DNA from: an uncultured Acidobacteriota bacterium
GTDB lineage: Bacteria; Acidobacteriota; Terriglobia; Acidiferrales; UBA7541
Length of the DNA: 64,000 nucleotides
Direction of reading: 5' to 3'
Assembly: GCA_963819745.1 (NCBI GenBank)
Contig: CAWFXG010000039.1
Coordinates: forward strand, 10,920-74,919
Each line of letters begins with the position of its first letter. The first letter of the stretch is position 1. Below, piece after piece: positions 1-8,580 of the stretch. Position numbers and translations under genes: made by a program. The notes beneath the pieces were generated by a model. That model made no database searches. It was not told the DNA's origin and was given only the letters and a program-made list of their open reading frames with translations.

Positions 1-873
1 GTGAAAAGCGGCGCCCTCGTGCTGGTTCTCGGCGGAGATTGTGCCCAGTCGATTGGCTTGCTCGCCGGCGCCCGCCGCTACTACAAGCACATGAACCTGC
101 TGTGGTTCGATCGCGACGCCGATCTCAATACTCCGGCCACCACTCCTTCCGGCCGAATTGACGGCATGGTCGCCGCGCACATCATCGGTCGCGGCGCTCC
201 GGAGCTGGTGCGCTTCTGTGGAGAAAATCCGCTGGTGCGTGAGCCGGACGTTATCTTGTTCGGTATCGAGCGCCTCGATCCGCCCGAGCAGGAATTTCTG
301 GCCGCCTCCGCGATGCGTTCGGTTTCCGCGTCCACCATTCAATCCAAGGGCGCCGGCGCCGCGGCGAAAACTGCCTTGAACAATATGCATGCGGATACGC
401 GCGAGTTTGTGCTGCACCTCGACCTCGACGTGATTGCCCAGGACGAATTCCCTGCGGTCAATGTGCCCGGTACGGGAGGCCTGCGCCTGGAGCAAGTTCG
501 CGCCGCGTTGGCCGAGTTTGCCGCGCACAAGAATTTGCTGGGTCTCGATATCGCCCAGTACAACCCGGACAAGGATCCAGGTGGCGCCGGCGCAAAACAA
601 ATCGTCGACCTGCTCGTGGATGTACTTGCCGCGCGCCAGGAATCGGCCGCTGCTCCTGCGCCCGTCTCCCTTCCGGCGGAACCTGCCAGTCCGCCCGCTG
701 CTCCGGCGCCAGCTCCCGAACCCGAACAAACCGCATCTCCAAATCCCGCCGAAGAGGCTGCACCTGAGCCCGCCCCCGAGCCCGCACCTGCGGAAGACCT
801 CGGCGAACCCGCCTCGCCCGAGGAAAATCCCACCGACTCCAATCCCGCCGGTTCCCCTGACCCGCTTTCCTGA
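1..873 (+). CDS. Arginase/ureohydrolase-family protein (5' truncated by window), Pro/Ala/Glu-rich tail
   Basis: GGDC, WFDRDAD, SGRIDGM, HLDLDV and YNP motifs align with the ureohydrolase fold; His ligands are substituted. Confidence 0.8.
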   Translation: MKSGALVLVLGGDCAQSIGLLAGARRYYKHMNLLWFDRDADLNTPATTPSGRIDGMVAAHIIGRGAPELVRFCGENPLVREPDVILFGIERLDPPEQEFLAASAMRSVSASTIQSKGAGAAAKTALNNMHADTREFVLHLDLDVIAQDEFPAVNVPGTGGLRLEQVRAALAEFAAHKNLLGLDIAQYNPDKDPGGAGAKQIVDLLVDVLAARQESAAAPAPVSLPAEPASPPAAPAPAPEPEQTASPNPAEEAAPEPAPEPAPAEDLGEPASPEENPTDSNPAGSPDPLS

Positions 874-1047
874 TCGCCTTCGTCACACCGTCTGTTTTGG
901 CGCCCGCGTCCGCCCCCCTTTGTAGCTATCGCGTCATTACATGTCACGTCGCAGCGCCCCGCTCTGTCGCTGTTTACGCCGCTGCGCTCGCCTAAAATTA
1001 TCGGGAACGCTGATCGTGACGCACGCTCGCAAGAACACGGATACTCC

Positions 1048-2115
1048 ATGCGCCGTTTCCTATTGGTCCTCGCGGCCCGCCTCCTCGGCCTCAACGGCTG
1101 GATGATCGCCGCGCCAGCTCTCCTCTTCTTGTATTACCTGATCGCTTGGATCGCCGTGGGCAGGGATCCAAAGCCCGGACCGCTCGTGACTCGCTACGAA
1201 CCGCCACTCCGCATGTCCGCTGCCGCGATGCGCTACGTGATTACCACCGGCACAGACGGGCGCTCGCTTGCCGCGGTGATTGCCCAACTCGCCGTCAAAG
1301 GCTGCCTGCGCGCCGAACCCCAAGACGGCAAATACAAGCTGTCCCGCCTGATGAGCGATCGCGCCACCGAAGCGCAGTTGGCTCCGGAGGAGCGCAGGTT
1401 GCTGGCCGTGCTTTTCGAAGATGGCCCGGTGATGCTTTTCACACCGGCGCTGGAAGAGCGCAACTCCGCGCAACAGGGCCGCTACGTCGCCAACATCCAC
1501 CAGGAATTGCGCAAACGCCTGGATGGCAAGTACTTCACCCGAAATGCTGGTGTCATCGCCTTGGGCGTCCTGGCAACCTTCCCCGCGGGTTTCACGCTCG
1601 CTCTGCTGGCGCACGGCCGAGACCCTGCAGCCGCCCTCTTTCTCACTATGTGGATCTTGTTCGTCGGTTTGATTCTCGGACTGATCGTGGAAGTCGGTTT
1701 CCTTCCGGCGGTTCGCAATGCTCTGCGTGTCCGGCGAGGCTGGATCAAAGTTTTGCCCGGCACCGCGGCGATCGCGGTCTTTGCCGGCGTCATCGCGCTG
1801 ATGTTTCAGAAGCTTTGGGACGGAGTTTCGCCGGCATTTTCCCTGGCGATCCTCGCGCTTCTCGCCGTCAACCTGGGTTGCGCGCCGTGGATGCGTCGCA
1901 GAACTCGGGAAGGGCGCCAGCTCCTCGATGAAATTGCCGGTTTCCGGCTATTCCTGGAAAAAGTCGAGCAGGACCGCATCGACAAATTGAACCCCGCGGA
2001 CGAAATGCTGCAGCCCGGCGAAGAATTCCTGGCCTATGCCATCGCGCTCGAAGTCAGGGAAGCCTGGGGCGATCACTTGTCGCAAACCTTTTTTGCCGCC
2101 ACCGCGATGAGATAA
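1048..2115 (+). CDS. DUF2207-like membrane protein
   Basis: YEPP..SAA..RY, LAVKG, GFRLFL and LAYAIAL..W motifs; several TM helices. Confidence 0.7.
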   Translation: MRRFLLVLAARLLGLNGWMIAAPALLFLYYLIAWIAVGRDPKPGPLVTRYEPPLRMSAAAMRYVITTGTDGRSLAAVIAQLAVKGCLRAEPQDGKYKLSRLMSDRATEAQLAPEERRLLAVLFEDGPVMLFTPALEERNSAQQGRYVANIHQELRKRLDGKYFTRNAGVIALGVLATFPAGFTLALLAHGRDPAAALFLTMWILFVGLILGLIVEVGFLPAVRNALRVRRGWIKVLPGTAAIAVFAGVIALMFQKLWDGVSPAFSLAILALLAVNLGCAPWMRRRTREGRQLLDEIAGFRLFLEKVEQDRIDKLNPADEMLQPGEEFLAYAIALEVREAWGDHLSQTFFAATAMR

Positions 2116-2125
2116 GGCGAGAGCG

Positions 2126-2704
2126 TTACTTGCTGTGCGACCACCGGTAGACGATGCCCGCGGAAATCAGCAGATTGTTCTGGTGGTCGTTCCGTCCGTT
2201 CGCGAATTGCGACCGGAACCAGTCCACCTGAATCGCTCTCACCAAGAAATTCGATTTCAGCGGCACGTCGATGCCGCCTCCCATCCGCGCCGCGAACGCC
2301 CATGTTCCATTGGCCACGCCGGCTTCGCCGCCTCCGCTGTGCGCCGGCCCCATCAGAACTTGCGCGAAGGGATAAGGACGATGACTTCCTTTCATCCATG
2401 GTTGCGGTAATCGGTAGCGTGCCCCGGCTAGAAACGACGTCACCGTCAGTGACCCTTCCCCGGTCGGTTTGCTGGGCCGGAACTCCGAGCTGAATTCAGT
2501 CACCACCGCCCATGGGCCGGTGAAGTCCCAGGAACCCGATATCCCCGCCCCATTCAACGGGAAACAACCGCATTCTCCCGGCGCCGCATTGGTGCGCACA
2601 TAGTGATAGGTCACCGCCGCGTCTCCGCTGTAGCCCTCATTCTGCGCCATCGCCGCTGTTGCTCCTACGAGCATCAGTGCCCCTGCCAACAAGATCAATC
2701 GCAT
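2126..2704 (-). CDS. Small outer-membrane beta-barrel protein
   Basis: Signal peptide MRLILLAGALMLVGATAAMA; alternating beta strands, GGGIDV, C-terminal GIVYRW; similar to the barrel of 19288..20940. Confidence 0.75.
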   Translation of the reverse strand: MRLILLAGALMLVGATAAMAQNEGYSGDAAVTYHYVRTNAAPGECGCFPLNGAGISGSWDFTGPWAVVTEFSSEFRPSKPTGEGSLTVTSFLAGARYRLPQPWMKGSHRPYPFAQVLMGPAHSGGGEAGVANGTWAFAARMGGGIDVPLKSNFLVRAIQVDWFRSQFANGRNDHQNNLLISAGIVYRWSHSK

Positions 2705-2745
2705 CGCTAATTTCCTCTTACTTTCCTGAATTATTCCGGCTCCCA

Positions 2746-5631
2746 TCATTCCGACGGCGCCGAAACCGTCGCGACCAGGTTGCTCACGATCGTTTGTTCG
2801 AACTTTCCTCCCGTGGAGGAGGTGATGTACAGATACGCCACCGATGGAACGCTCACGTCATCCGAGAAAATCTGCGCTCCATCCATCGTGACGATCAGTT
2901 TTCTTTGCACCAGCGACATCGTGTAGTTGTGCGTAATGGTGCTGCCGACTGCTGCGATCGCCGGAATGTTGGTGTTGACGGCGAACCACGGATTTTCCCA
3001 CAACGCGCTCTCGCCTCTTCCCACCGCGCAGTACGGCACCGGGTATTCGCCCGCGTTGAGATAGTCATCCAGCGCCAGCACGAATCCGGGAATTCCTTGC
3101 GCCGCCAATCCCTGGCCCGGGGAGCCCACACTCGTCGGCGTCGCACCCAGCGACGGATCGCCAAGGACCACCGCGAAACCGTCGGCCGGAGGATTGCTCG
3201 TGGAGTCGAAAATCTGCATGGTGAAGCTGAGCTGGATGTTGTCGGTGCTGACCAGCGTGGGCCAGACAATCGCGCCGCGTTGGTTGTTCAGGTTGTCAGT
3301 CAGTTGAAACTTGCACCCGGCTTTCGCCACGGCAGTGCCTTGCGCCACCCAGGTGGTGCTGCACAGATCGTCGATGCCGGACAGCGGTCCGACAAAAAGA
3401 GCCGCTTGGTTGCTGGTCACGTCGGAGGTCACGCCGTTGCTGACCACCACGTGGTACACCGCGCCGGTGTCGGTTAGCGCCGTGGGATCAAGCGTGTAGC
3501 TCGAGCTGGTTGCTCCCGGAATCGCCGTGAACGTGGCCGTGCCGGGGTCCGCCCGGTACCACTGATACGTCAAGGGCAGGTTGGAGTTAGCCGTAACCGT
3601 GAATGTTGCCGCGTCGCCCTCGTCCACGAACTGATCCTGGGGCTGGCCGGTGATCTCCAGCAGGATGCCGCTGCCCACCGCGAGCGGTGCATGCTGGGAT
3701 ACCGCCTGCCCGTACGGATTCGTGACCACCACGTAGTACGCGTCCTGATCGTTGGCGATGGTCGTCGCCGAAGCCGGAACGTTATAGGTCGCCGCCGTGG
3801 CTCCAGGGATCGCCGTTCCCGTCGCCTGCCCAGCCGGTATTCGATACCACTGGTACGCCAGTGCCGGAGAGCCGGAGGCCACCACCGTAAACGATGTCGT
3901 GCCACCCACTGCGACCGTTTGACCGACCGGCTGCGTGATGATGGTCGGCGAGGTATTACTCACCGTAACCGTCAGCGTGGCGCTGGTGCTGGTCAGCGTG
4001 GAGCAGGAATCGGTCACCGTCGCGTAATACTTTGCGCCGTCGTAGCTCGCGTCCACCGACGGAGTCGTGTACAGGCTGGACGTCGCGCCGGGAATCGCCA
4101 CGCCGATGCTTCCACCGGACGGAATCTGGTACCACTGATAGGCGAACGGGCTGAGTCCGGTCGCGGTGACCGAGAACGAAGCCGTTTGCGTCGCGGATAT
4201 GGATCGGCTGATGGGATTCGCCGTAATGGACGAACCGACAATGACCGAAGCCACGCTCGACGTTACGCTACCCACTCCGTTAGTGACCGTCACGGTGTAG
4301 TTTCCATTGTTGGCGGAGTTCGCGCCGGACACCGAATAAGTCGCGCCGGTGGCGCCGGGAATGGCCACCCCGTTCAAATTCCACTGGTAGCTGGCCGCAC
4401 CGTTGGCGATTACCGTCAACGTCAGGGTTGCGCCGGGGCAAACGCGCTGATTGACGGGTTGCGTCGTGATCGACGGAACAGCAACCGTTGCATTCGTGGT
4501 TACCGACACCGCGGGGTTGTCCACGCTGGTCGCCGTGATGGTGTACGTACCGGCCACCGCAGGCGCTGTCCATACGTTGGCAACGAAAGTCCCGCTGCTG
4601 GCCGTCCAGATCAGATTGTTGGTGAGCCCGCCGCTCGCTGTAGCGCTAAAAGTTACAGCACCAGGAGCGAAAGTCTGATTCGCAGGAGTAATCGGAGTGA
4701 TGGTGACCGGGGTGGGCGTCACCATGCAGGTGGTCGACACCGCGCCCCCGGGACCCGTGACCGTCAACGAATACGTCTTGCCGGAAGTTAGCGCCGGCGT
4801 TGGATACGAGCCGCCGCTCACCGCCGAAGCGGTGATGTCCGAGCTGCCAACGCCTGTCGAACCGATCGTCGCCGTTCCGCCGGAAAATGTTGGCACCAGC
4901 AGCACCGACCCTTTGTAGGGCGGCGTGGTGGAACTGGGCACCAGGCTGCCCGCGATGGGAGCCGCGCTGCTGATAGTCAAAATCGCCGGATTACTGGTCC
5001 CCGAGCCGGCTGCGTTCGAAACGGTGACGGTGAAAACCGCGCCGTTATCGCCCGCACTCGTGGCGGGTGTGGTGTAGGTGCTGGAGGTGGCACCAGGAAT
5101 GGCGACGCCGTTCTTGTACCACTGGTAGCTAAGCGGGCCGGTTCCCGTGGCGGTTACCGAAAAGTTCGCCACTTGCCCGGGAGCCACCGAGACGCTGGCC
5201 GGCTGAACGACGATGGCTGGCTTGATCGGCTTGACGGTCAACTTGGCGGGCGAGCTGGTTGCCGTGCCGTCTGGACCGCTTACCTTGACGGTGAAAACAG
5301 AGCCGGAATCGCCCATGACCGTGGGCGGAGTCGTGTAGGTGCTGGAGTTCGCGCCGGGAATGGCGACGCCGTCCTTATACCATTGATACGTAAACGGGCC
5401 CGGGCCGGTCGAGGTCACCGCGAAGGTCGCGGTCTGGCCGACAGTGACCGTCTGGTCCTGTGGCGAGGTAAGACCCATCACCGAGGAAGCGGCAGGCTTC
5501 GTTCCTTGCCATCCTCCGGCGCAGCCGGAAATCAGCAGAAGCGCGAGCGCCAGAACGAAAGCGGAGAGTTGCGTCGCGTGACGGTACAAGCACAGTAACG
5601 GCGAACCGACTCGCCGAGAGAGAGAAAACAT
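2746..5631 (-). CDS. Ig-like repeat lipoprotein with C-terminal L-type (legume) lectin-like domain
   Basis: Lipobox LLLISGC; six QP..TV..G.TATF.V.A.G..P..YQWY repeats; C-terminal QLTD..NQRGA, ADGFAVVL and LDDYLN motifs. Confidence 0.85.
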   Translation of the reverse strand: MFSLSRRVGSPLLCLYRHATQLSAFVLALALLLISGCAGGWQGTKPAASSVMGLTSPQDQTVTVGQTATFAVTSTGPGPFTYQWYKDGVAIPGANSSTYTTPPTVMGDSGSVFTVKVSGPDGTATSSPAKLTVKPIKPAIVVQPASVSVAPGQVANFSVTATGTGPLSYQWYKNGVAIPGATSSTYTTPATSAGDNGAVFTVTVSNAAGSGTSNPAILTISSAAPIAGSLVPSSTTPPYKGSVLLVPTFSGGTATIGSTGVGSSDITASAVSGGSYPTPALTSGKTYSLTVTGPGGAVSTTCMVTPTPVTITPITPANQTFAPGAVTFSATASGGLTNNLIWTASSGTFVANVWTAPAVAGTYTITATSVDNPAVSVTTNATVAVPSITTQPVNQRVCPGATLTLTVIANGAASYQWNLNGVAIPGATGATYSVSGANSANNGNYTVTVTNGVGSVTSSVASVIVGSSITANPISRSISATQTASFSVTATGLSPFAYQWYQIPSGGSIGVAIPGATSSLYTTPSVDASYDGAKYYATVTDSCSTLTSTSATLTVTVSNTSPTIITQPVGQTVAVGGTTSFTVVASGSPALAYQWYRIPAGQATGTAIPGATAATYNVPASATTIANDQDAYYVVVTNPYGQAVSQHAPLAVGSGILLEITGQPQDQFVDEGDAATFTVTANSNLPLTYQWYRADPGTATFTAIPGATSSSYTLDPTALTDTGAVYHVVVSNGVTSDVTSNQAALFVGPLSGIDDLCSTTWVAQGTAVAKAGCKFQLTDNLNNQRGAIVWPTLVSTDNIQLSFTMQIFDSTSNPPADGFAVVLGDPSLGATPTSVGSPGQGLAAQGIPGFVLALDDYLNAGEYPVPYCAVGRGESALWENPWFAVNTNIPAIAAVGSTITHNYTMSLVQRKLIVTMDGAQIFSDDVSVPSVAYLYITSSTGGKFEQTIVSNLVATVSAPSE

Positions 5632-5668
5632 AGCTAGATGACCCCTTGTGTCAAATAGTTTCAGGGGT

Positions 5669-5693
5669 TCTAGTACTTCATGTCTCTAGTACT
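5669..5693. promoter_or_regulatory. Direct repeat TCTAGTACT x2 (16-bp period) upstream of the Ig/lectin gene; candidate regulator site
   Basis: TCTAGTACT at 5669 and 5685, each containing the palindrome AGTACT. Confidence 0.35.
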
Positions 5694-5816
5694 GTAGACG
5701 GGGATTGCGCTGCTAGTCAATAACGACTTGGAGCATAAAAGCCGGTTCGTAACTTCCTATGTCATTGAATCAAAATATTTTATTGGAATATCAACGATCC
5801 CCGCGGCTCCACCCGT

Positions 5817-6728
5817 TCAGACTGCGGCCTTGGCGCGCTTCCGCAGGTAGCGCACGATTCCCAGGAAGGAAAGGTGCAGGCTGGCAACGGCGATCAGTTG
5901 TTCCGCGGTAACTTTGCCGACGCTGGCTTCCGCGTCCGCCTGATATCGCGAAATGAATTCCGCCATCGCCGCGGCTTCGTCGGAAGTGGAGCGTAAGATT
6001 TCCTCCGCCTCTCCCACCCAGCGGTGCAGGCGCTCGCGATAGTCCGCGATATGCGCCGCGGGATTGTCGGAATAGCCGAAGTGGGTGAGGAACAGCCGGG
6101 CTGGATGCAGTTGGCGGATCGCGGCGAAAGAGGCGTCCCAGGCAGCGAGGTCCACATCCGGCGGCGGGGTGGCGGCAAGGATGTACGGGCCGTTTTCGAT
6201 GCGTACTCCGGCGGTATCCCCCACGAAAGCCACACCGGAAGATTCGTCGAAGTAGGTAACGTGATGCGAGGCGTGCCCCGGCGTGTACGTGACGCTGAGC
6301 TTTCTGCCGCCGAGCGCCACCGTTTCGCCGCCTTCCAGCACCCGAAGATTTTCCTGCGGCACCGGAAGCGTGTCTCCAAAAAGTTGCGTGAGGTTGTCCG
6401 GCCAGAGGCGCGCGGCGCTGGCGAGCAGCTTGGAAGGATCGACCATGTGCGGAGCGCCGTTGACGTGGACATAGACGGCCAGGCGTGGATTTTCCCGGAC
6501 CAGCGAGCCGGTGGCACCGGCGTGGTCCAGGTGAATGTGCGTGAGCAGGATCGAGTCGAGATCGCCGACTCCCAGACCGTGCGCGCGCAAGCCTTCGCGC
6601 AGCGTGGCCAAGGTGGATTCCGGGCCGGGATCGACAATGGCGCAGTGGCCATCCGATTCCAGCAAGGCAGCGGCAATGGCGTGCGGCTGGCCAATCCAGT
6701 TGGTATCGAGAATGGTGGTGTTGGTCAT
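5817..6728 (-). CDS. MBL-fold metallo-hydrolase
   Basis: THIHLDHAG (HxHxDH), TPGHASHH, GD and THFG motifs. Confidence 0.9.
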   Translation of the reverse strand: MTNTTILDTNWIGQPHAIAAALLESDGHCAIVDPGPESTLATLREGLRAHGLGVGDLDSILLTHIHLDHAGATGSLVRENPRLAVYVHVNGAPHMVDPSKLLASAARLWPDNLTQLFGDTLPVPQENLRVLEGGETVALGGRKLSVTYTPGHASHHVTYFDESSGVAFVGDTAGVRIENGPYILAATPPPDVDLAAWDASFAAIRQLHPARLFLTHFGYSDNPAAHIADYRERLHRWVGEAEEILRSTSDEAAAMAEFISRYQADAEASVGKVTAEQLIAVASLHLSFLGIVRYLRKRAKAAV

Positions 6729-6815
6729 GGCGGAGCCAGTATAAGGCAGCAGGGCCGGGGAGAGGTCCCGTTGCGTCGCAGGTGCGCTGGTCTGCCGTGG
6801 TACAGTTCGCGTCGA

Positions 6816-7259
6816 ATGAATCATCAAACCTGCCAACTGGAGCATTCGGTGGAAGCGGACGTTCGTCCGGCGTTCGCGTGGAAGTGGCGCACGGACGTGG
6901 AGAATTGGGACGATCCGCCCGCGCGGTTTCAGCTCGACGGGCCCTTCGCTCCGGGATCCTGGGGAACGACGATTTTTCCTGGCCAGACGCCGCTACGCTG
7001 GCAGATTCGCGACGTGCAACCCGCCGCATCCTTCCTGATCGAGATGCCGCTGGACCAGGCCGTGCTGTCCTTTGAGTGGCGCTTTGAAGCCCTGGCGGAG
7101 CGGCGCACGCGGATCACCCAACGCATTTTGCTGTCCGGCGAGAATGCCGAGAAATACGCAGCGCAAGTGCGATCCAGCTTCGGCGCCACCCTCGCCGACG
7201 GGATGAAGCGCATCGCGATGGCCATGCTGGATGCGGAACGTTCCGAGGAAGTTGGCTAG
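6816..7259 (+). CDS. SRPBCC/polyketide cyclase-like protein
   Basis: MNHQTCQLEHSVEADV..AW..WTDVENW pattern; about 147 aa, START-fold-like. Confidence 0.65.
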   Translation: MNHQTCQLEHSVEADVRPAFAWKWRTDVENWDDPPARFQLDGPFAPGSWGTTIFPGQTPLRWQIRDVQPAASFLIEMPLDQAVLSFEWRFEALAERRTRITQRILLSGENAEKYAAQVRSSFGATLADGMKRIAMAMLDAERSEEVG

Positions 7260-8026
7260 CGGGCGGTCCAGCCTCCGTCGATCAGGATGGTGTGACCGGT
7301 GATAAGCGAAGCCGCGGGCGATGCCAGGAAAACCACCGCGCCGGCCACTTCCATGGGTTCGCCGATGCGATGCAGCCCGGCGATGCGTTCGATCACATCG
7401 GCGCGGAAACCGGGATCGGCAAGAGCGTCGTCGGTGCCGGGCGTGGAGATAAACGTCGGGGCGACGGCATTGACGGTGATGTTGTGCGCGCCCCACTCCA
7501 CGGCGAGGCACTTGGTGAGGTGCGAGACCCCGGCTTTGGAGGCGCAGTAAACCGACTCGGTCGGGAGCGCGGCGAATCCCGCTTGGGAACTCATGTTGAT
7601 GATGCGCCCGGAGTTCTGGCGAATCATGATTTTGGCGGCGGCCTGGCTGGCGAAGAAAGTGGCTTTCAGGTTGAGAGCAATAGTCTCGTCGAATTCTTTT
7701 TCGGCAACGTCCAGGGCGAGGTTGGTAAAGCCGCCGCCGGCGTTGTTGACGAGGATATCGAGTTTGCCGAAGTGGGCGACCGTGCCGCTGACGGCGCGCG
7801 AGATCTGATCGAGATGGAGGACATCCATTTGCAGCGGAAGAGCGCTACGTCCCAGTGCGCTGATTTCCTGCGCGAGCGGATCGCCGGTGGCAATGTCGCG
7901 CAGCCCGAGAGCGATGTCGGCCCCGGCGTTGGCGAGAGCCAGAGAGATGGCGCGGCCAAGTCCGCGAGCGGCGCCGGTGACGAGAGCGACCTGCCCGGTG
8001 AGATCAAACTTCGGAAACTGGTTCAT
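7256..8026 (-). CDS. SDR family oxidoreductase
   Basis: TGAARGLG, NNAG, YCASK and IDGG motifs. Confidence 0.92.
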   Translation of the reverse strand: MNQFPKFDLTGQVALVTGAARGLGRAISLALANAGADIALGLRDIATGDPLAQEISALGRSALPLQMDVLHLDQISRAVSGTVAHFGKLDILVNNAGGGFTNLALDVAEKEFDETIALNLKATFFASQAAAKIMIRQNSGRIINMSSQAGFAALPTESVYCASKAGVSHLTKCLAVEWGAHNITVNAVAPTFISTPGTDDALADPGFRADVIERIAGLHRIGEPMEVAGAVVFLASPAASLITGHTILIDGGWTAR

Positions 8027-8092
8027 GCTGAATCCTTATGCCGCGCTGAGACCCGTGACGGGTTCGGTGGAGAACCGCTATGCTGATGGCGG

Positions 8093-8168
8093 CCCTCGTT
8101 TTTCAGAAGTGCGGATTATAGAGGAGTTCCTGTCCTTTGAAATGGGAAGTGCGGATCATTAAAGATTG
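8093..8168 (+). repeat. Dispersed intergenic element, copy 1 (two GAAGTGCGGAT boxes, 40-bp period)
   Basis: 8098-8156 matches 11882-11940 at 54 of 59 positions by manual alignment. Confidence 0.85.
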
Positions 8169-8182
8169 TAGGTCCTTGTTTG

Positions 8183-8233
8183 CTCTTGACAATCAGGAGG
8201 AGATCCAGTGTACTCCCTCCTGAAGCTCAAGAG
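8183..8233 (+). promoter_or_regulatory. PadR promoter/operator: TTGACA -35 with two palindromic operators
   Basis: CTCTTGA-caa-TCAGGAG (8183-8199) and CTCCTGA-agc-TCAAGAG (8217-8233); TTGACA at 8186; RBS GAGGAG. Confidence 0.6.
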
Positions 8234-8241
8234 GAGTGTCC

Positions 8242-8574
8242 GTGACCGACAAGCCGGGCGACGTCGTACAAGGCACGTTGAGTATGCTCATCCTTAAAAC
8301 CGTGGCCCTCGAACCGATGCATGGATATGGAATCGCCATCCGCCTCGAGCAGATGAGCAAGGGCACTTTTCGCATCAATGCCGGCTCGCTTTTTGTTGCC
8401 TTGCAGCGGCTGCAGCGGGAAGGGCTGATCAAAAGCGAGTGGAAAGCCACGGAGAACAGCAGGCGCGCCAAATATTACAGCCTCACGGCGCAAGGTCGAA
8501 AAAAGCTCGACAGCGAAACCCGCGAATGGGGGAGGCAAGTCGCGGCCATCACCCGAATCCTGGAGGCGTCGTAG
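8242..8574 (+). CDS. PadR family transcriptional regulator (acidobacterial type)
   Basis: QGTL.MLILKT, HGYGI, GSL..AL.RL, W..TEN.RRAKYY.LT..G; GTG start after GAGGAG. Confidence 0.92.
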   Translation: MTDKPGDVVQGTLSMLILKTVALEPMHGYGIAIRLEQMSKGTFRINAGSLFVALQRLQREGLIKSEWKATENSRRAKYYSLTAQGRKKLDSETREWGRQVAAITRILEAS

Positions 8575-8580
8575 GAAGCC

